A DNA stretch of 64,000 nt from an uncultured Duncaniella sp. (lineage in GTDB: Bacteria; Bacteroidota; Bacteroidia; Bacteroidales; Muribaculaceae), in the NCBI RefSeq assembly GCF_910578445.1, contig NZ_CAJTQC010000012.1, positions 5,684 through 69,683 on the forward strand, in the 5' to 3' direction. This document shows positions 59,762 through 64,000 of this stretch, piece by piece; within the stretch, counting starts at the first letter, position 1, and every line of letters starts with the position of its first letter. The position numbers were made by a program, and so were the translations under genes. The notes under the pieces are model-generated. The model was not told the origin of the DNA, searched no databases, and saw only the letters and a list, made by a program, of their open reading frames with translations.

Positions 59762-60544
59762 CTAAATGAATTTATCTCCGAGTGCCTCCTCGATATAGTC
59801 GAATGTGGTCAGGATGCGCGGGCCGGCGGGATCGATGGCAATCGTGTGCTCGTAGTGAGCCGAGGGCTTGCGATCCTTCGTGCGGCATTGCCAGCCGTCT
59901 TTCTCGATGACAATATTGCGGCTTCCGAGATTGATCATCGGCTCGATGCAGATACACATGCCTTTTTTCAAGACAGGGCCTACGCCACGACGTCCGTAGT
60001 TGGGGACTTCGGGGTCTTCGTGCATCTTGCGTCCGATACCATGTCCGCACATCTCGCGGACAACAGTGTAGCCATGGCGTTCGCAATAGGTCTGAACCGC
60101 ATTGGCGATGTCGCCTATGCGTTTTCCTTCCTGAGCTGCCGCGATGCCTTTGTAGAGCGATTCCTTGGTGGTCTTGCAGAGGGCAAGCACTTCGGGAGCG
60201 ACTTCGCCGACGGGGAAGGTGTAACACATGTCTCCGTTGTAGCCGTCAAGCTCGACGACGGTGTCGATTCCGACAATGTCGCCGTCGCGCAGTTCGTAGC
60301 CGGAGGGGAATCCGTGGACGACGGTTTCATTGACTTCAATACAGAGAGTGCCGGGAAATCCGCCATAACCGAGGCAGGCGGGCTTGCCGCCATTGTCGCG
60401 CATGAATTCCCTTGCGATATTGTCGAGGTGACGGGTAGTCACGCCCGGAGCCACCCACTTGGCGATTTCGCCAAGTGTGCGGCTCACAAGCGTGCATGCC
60501 TGTTGCACTTTTTCGATTTCTTCGGGTGTCTTAAGATAAATCAT
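59762..60544 (-). CDS. map: Type I methionine aminopeptidase
   Basis: VHG.P, GDIVGID, GHGIG..MHEDP, IEPM, SAHYEHT. Confidence 0.96.
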   Translation of the reverse strand: MIYLKTPEEIEKVQQACTLVSRTLGEIAKWVAPGVTTRHLDNIAREFMRDNGGKPACLGYGGFPGTLCIEVNETVVHGFPSGYELRDGDIVGIDTVVELDGYNGDMCYTFPVGEVAPEVLALCKTTKESLYKGIAAAQEGKRIGDIANAVQTYCERHGYTVVREMCGHGIGRKMHEDPEVPNYGRRGVGPVLKKGMCICIEPMINLGSRNIVIEKDGWQCRTKDRKPSAHYEHTIAIDPAGPRILTTFDYIEEALGDKFI

Positions 60545-60584
60545 TTATCTAATGAAAAAATCTGCGGTAATCGAGTTAATGGCA

Positions 60585-61934
60585 TTAATATGCCGAGCCG
60601 GTTGTGCGGCCCTTGATCTTGCCGTCCTTCATAAGGCCGTCATAGTGGTGCATCATGAGGTGGCTCTCGATCTGCTGGAGAGTGTCGAGCACGACACCTA
60701 CAAGAATCAGAAGCGATGTTCCGCCGAAGAACTGTGCGAAGTTCTGGCTGATGCCGAAGAATCGCGCGAAGGCGGGGAGGATAGCCACAATGCCGAGGAA
60801 GATAGATCCGGGAAGAGTGATGCGCGACATGATAGAGTCGAGATACTCAGCGGTCTTCTTGCCGGGCTTGACACCGGGAATGAAGCCATTGTTGCGCTTC
60901 ATGTCTTCGGCCATCTGGGTGGGACGCACTGTGATGGCAGTGTAGAAGTATGTGAAGGTTACAATGAGGATGAAGTAAACAAGATTGTACCAGAAGCCAT
61001 TGATATCAGAGAAGGCGGCGTAGAATCCGGATGAACCTTCAGAGCTGCCGAAGCCTGCGAGGGTAATCGGGATGAACATGATTGCCTGTGCGAAGATGAT
61101 AGGCATCACACCGGCAGCGTTGACCTTCAAAGGTATATACTGGCGAGCACCTCCGTACTGACGGTTGCCGACGATACGCTTGGCGTATTGTACGGGCACT
61201 TTGCGTGTTCCCTGAACGAGAAGCACAGCGCCGACAGTCACAGCGAAGAGGAGTACGATCTCGACTACGAACATAATCAGACCGCCCTGACTTCCGGTAG
61301 CACCGGGAAGACGGCTGGTGAATTCATAGAAGAGTGCTCCCGGGAGACGGGCAATGATACCTACAAGGATGATGAAGGAGATACCATTGCCGATACCGCG
61401 ATCCGTGATGCGCTCGCCGAGCCACATGATGAACATAGAGCCGGCGGCAAGGATTACAGTCAGGAAGGCTAATGTCCAAAAGCCCATGTGGGCGCCGCCA
61501 GTGGCGGCACTCACCTGGACTTGGAGATTTACAAGATATGCAGGACCCTGAAGCAGCAGAATGAGCACAGTCAGGTAACGGGTGTACTGACTGAGTTTCT
61601 GACGGCCGCTTTCGCCTTCGCTCTGCATCTTCTGGAAAGAAGGGAGAACCATGCCGAGCAACTGAATCACGATGGACGCAGTGATGTAGGGCATGATGCC
61701 GAGAGCGAAGATCGAAGCCTGAGAGAACGCGCCTCCTGAGAACATGTCAAGAAGCTGCATCAGACCGCTCTTGTTGGTGAACTTCGACAGAGCGTCGAGA
61801 TCTTCGGGCGAGATGCCGGGAAGCACGACGTAGCAGCCGAGACGGTAAACGAGCACCAACAGAAGAGTGACGAGAATGCGTTTTCTCAGTTCTTCAATGG
61901 TCCAGATGTTACGAATTGTTTCAATAAATCTCAT
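60585..61934 (-). CDS. secY: Preprotein translocase subunit SecY
   Basis: SIFALGIMPYITASI, GIGNGIS, GVMPIIFA, IPGVKPG, GGTSLLILVGV. Confidence 0.98.
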   Translation of the reverse strand: MRFIETIRNIWTIEELRKRILVTLLLVLVYRLGCYVVLPGISPEDLDALSKFTNKSGLMQLLDMFSGGAFSQASIFALGIMPYITASIVIQLLGMVLPSFQKMQSEGESGRQKLSQYTRYLTVLILLLQGPAYLVNLQVQVSAATGGAHMGFWTLAFLTVILAAGSMFIMWLGERITDRGIGNGISFIILVGIIARLPGALFYEFTSRLPGATGSQGGLIMFVVEIVLLFAVTVGAVLLVQGTRKVPVQYAKRIVGNRQYGGARQYIPLKVNAAGVMPIIFAQAIMFIPITLAGFGSSEGSSGFYAAFSDINGFWYNLVYFILIVTFTYFYTAITVRPTQMAEDMKRNNGFIPGVKPGKKTAEYLDSIMSRITLPGSIFLGIVAILPAFARFFGISQNFAQFFGGTSLLILVGVVLDTLQQIESHLMMHHYDGLMKDGKIKGRTTGSAY

Positions 61935-61951
61935 TTCGAGGAGAAGGGGGA

Positions 61952-62398
61952 TTAAATTTTATTGATAGAGCCTCCGGCTTCAACAATAGCCTTCTCGGCA
62001 GCTGCAGAGAATGCGTTTGCTTCAACGGTGAGCTTTTTGGTGAGCTTGCCGTTAGCAAGAATCTTGACGGGCTGCTTGCCATTGATGAGACCTGCTGCGA
62101 TGAGATCTGCAACGCCGATTTTCTCGAGGTTTGCAGAATTTGCAAGGTTTTCGAGGTCAACGAGGTTGACAGCCTTGTATTCAGTGCGAGACAGGGGTTT
62201 GAAACCGAATTTGGGGAGTCGACGCTGAAGAGGCATCTGACCACCTTCGAAGCCTATCTTACGGCTGTAGCCTGAACGGGACTTTGCACCTTTGTGACCA
62301 CGGGTAGATGTTCCACCCTTGCCTGAACCGGCGCCACGACCGATGCGGGTTTTCTTCTGTACAGAGCCTACAGCGGGTTTTAAATTGCTTAAATCCAT
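61952..62398 (-). CDS. rplO: 50S ribosomal protein L15
   Basis: GRG.GSGKG, GFEGGQMPLQRRLPK. Confidence 0.98.
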   Translation of the reverse strand: MDLSNLKPAVGSVQKKTRIGRGAGSGKGGTSTRGHKGAKSRSGYSRKIGFEGGQMPLQRRLPKFGFKPLSRTEYKAVNLVDLENLANSANLEKIGVADLIAAGLINGKQPVKILANGKLTKKLTVEANAFSAAAEKAIVEAGGSINKI

Positions 62399-62422
62399 AG
62401 TTGTGTTGATGATTTTTAGAAA

Positions 62423-62602
62423 TTAGGCGTTGGTCACTTCTACCAAGTGGCGTACTGCTTTAACCATACCCATCACAGAGGGAGTGTCTTCAAGAACTAC
62501 CGAGTGATGCATTTTTCTCAAGCCGAGAGCATCAAGTGTACGCTTCTGTACGGCAGGAGCGTTGATGCGGCTCTTAATCTGGGTGATTTTAATTTTTGCC
62601 AT
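62423..62602 (-). CDS. rpmD: 50S ribosomal protein L30, missing from the ORF track
   Basis: Manual translation MAKIKITQIKSRINAPAVQKRTLDALGLRKMHHSVVLEDTPSVMGMVKAVRHLVEVTNA. Confidence 0.96.
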   Translation of the reverse strand: MAKIKITQIKSRINAPAVQKRTLDALGLRKMHHSVVLEDTPSVMGMVKAVRHLVEVTNA

Positions 62603-62616
62603 CTGATATATGGAGA

Positions 62617-63135
62617 TTAGCCGTTAAACACTTGTTCGATAGAGATACCACGGTTCTGGGCAACCTGTGCGGGTGAGCGCATTTCGCCGAGAGCGGCGAT
62701 GGTAGCCTTGACGAGGTTGTGGGGGTTGGAAGAGCCCTTTGACTTTGCAAGGACGTCGGTGATTCCGACGCTTTCAAGCACGGCACGCATCGCACCACCG
62801 GCCTTAACACCAGTACCGTGGCTTGCGGGCTTGAGGATTACGCGAGAACCGCCGAATTTTGCAAACTGTTCGTGGGGGATAGTGCCACGGTGAACGGGAA
62901 CCTTGATAAGATTCTTCTTAGCGGCTTCAACACCCTTGGCGATGGCAGCCTGAACTTCATTAGCTTTGCCGAGGCCCCAACCTACGATGCCGTTTTCATT
63001 ACCAACGACAACGATGGCTGCGAATGTAAAGGTGCGGCCACCCTTGGTCACCTTGGTAACGCGGTTGATGGCAACCAGACGATCCTTGAGTTCGAGATCG
63101 TTAGTAGACTTTACTTTATTATTCTTATTTGCCAT
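62617..63135 (-). CDS. rpsE: 30S ribosomal protein S5
   Basis: [29 protein letters not shown]. Confidence 0.98.
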   Translation of the reverse strand: MANKNNKVKSTNDLELKDRLVAINRVTKVTKGGRTFTFAAIVVVGNENGIVGWGLGKANEVQAAIAKGVEAAKKNLIKVPVHRGTIPHEQFAKFGGSRVILKPASHGTGVKAGGAMRAVLESVGITDVLAKSKGSSNPHNLVKATIAALGEMRSPAQVAQNRGISIEQVFNG

Positions 63136-63141
63136 ATCTTA

Positions 63142-63483
63142 TTAGAATTTAAGACCGCCCTTGCGTGCGGCGTCAGCCAATGATTTTACTCTGCCATGGA
63201 AAAGGTAGCCGTTACGGTCGAAAACGACTTCAGTGACACCTGCAGCGATGGCTTTCTGAGCGATAGCCTCGCCAACCTTGGCTGCAATTTCACACTTAGT
63301 GCCCTCTTCGATGCCCTTTGACGAAGTTGCGCAAATGGTCACGCCTGCGAGGTCGTCGATGAGCTGGACATAGATCTGCTTGTTGCTGCGGAAAACCGAC
63401 ATGCGGGGACGTGCGGCGGTGCCGGAAATCTTGCCACGGATACGGGCTTTGATTTTATTTCTACGTTGTATCTTAGAAACCAT
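63142..63483 (-). CDS. rplR: 50S ribosomal protein L18
   Basis: [27 protein letters not shown] at 63483. Confidence 0.97.
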   Translation of the reverse strand: MVSKIQRRNKIKARIRGKISGTAARPRMSVFRSNKQIYVQLIDDLAGVTICATSSKGIEEGTKCEIAAKVGEAIAQKAIAAGVTEVVFDRNGYLFHGRVKSLADAARKGGLKF

Positions 63484-63500
63484 TGTTTTAATCAATTTAA

Positions 63501-64000
63501 TTATTTAGCACTTGCCGACTTACCCGACTTGCGACGGATAATTTCGCCCACAAACTTGATACCTTTGCCCTTGTAGGGTTCGGGCTTGCGGAGTGAACGG
63601 ATCTTGGCACACACCTGTCCGAGGAGCTGCTTGTCGTCGCTCTCAAGGATGATGAGAGGATTCTTGTTACGCTCGCTCTTGGCTTCAACCTTGACTTCGG
63701 GCGGAAGCTTGATATATATGGCGTGTGAGTAACCAAGCGAAAGCTCAAGCACCTGACCGGTGGCGGCGGCGCGGTAACCCACACCAACTAATTCCATTTC
63801 CTTGCGATAGCCTGTAGAAACGCCGACAATCATGTTGTGGATGAGGGCGCGATAGAGGCCGTGCTGAGCGCGGTGCTCGCGGTCATCGCTGGGACGGGTC
63901 ACTGTGAGGTGGCCGTCTTCAACCTTCACTTCGAGGTCGGGGTTTACGTTCTGGGTGAGTGTGCCCTTGGGGCCTTTTACGGTTACTACATTATCCTTGT
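63501..64000 (-). CDS. rplF: 50S ribosomal protein L6 (5' part outside the window)
   Basis: [20 protein letters not shown]; frame stays open to the window edge. Confidence 0.97.
   Translation of the reverse strand, partial: KDNVVTVKGPKGTLTQNVNPDLEVKVEDGHLTVTRPSDDREHRAQHGLYRALIHNMIVGVSTGYRKEMELVGVGYRAAATGQVLELSLGYSHAIYIKLPPEVKVEAKSERNKNPLIILESDDKQLLGQVCAKIRSLRKPEPYKGKGIKFVGEIIRRKSGKSASAK

Overview
A 64-kb, mostly core-chromosomal segment of a Bacteroidales bacterium. Bacteroidota TAnnTTTG promoters, a T9SS C-terminal domain and gene content suggest Muribaculaceae; that assignment is inference. In order it carries TfoX-N, a BASS transporter, a Crp/Fnr regulator, a QueD-like protein, a Ca2+ P-type ATPase, a two-operon cobamide completion cluster (cobQ-cobD-cbiB converging on cobU-cobT-cobS-cobC), holB, an AddB-like nuclease, hemW, a GDPD-fold protein, patatins, a GH13, DPP III, rlmI, rseP, dxr, an M3 peptidase, a radical-SAM DNA-repair pair, blaI with an M56-TonB fusion, an envelope cluster (beta-barrel, 856-aa lipoprotein, OmpA, T9SS cargo), msrAB, tkt, an MFS sugar permease and the distal spc/alpha ribosomal operons. 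Three observations stand out. (1) An ORF-less ~0.5-0.8 kb region between tkt and the MFS gene folds into nested long-range helices with a possible pseudoknot, and is a candidate large ncRNA. (2) A ~0.9-kb AT-rich islet bounded by a perfect 26-bp direct repeat encodes a small protein and a frameshifted GNAT toxin-like gene. (3) A coiled-coil surface lipoprotein-OmpA operon with a long leader has codon usage typical of highly expressed genes. Several enzymes also carry altered catalytic motifs. No rRNA, tRNA, CRISPR array, integrase or transposase was seen. All structures were found by eye; no folding or database search was run.
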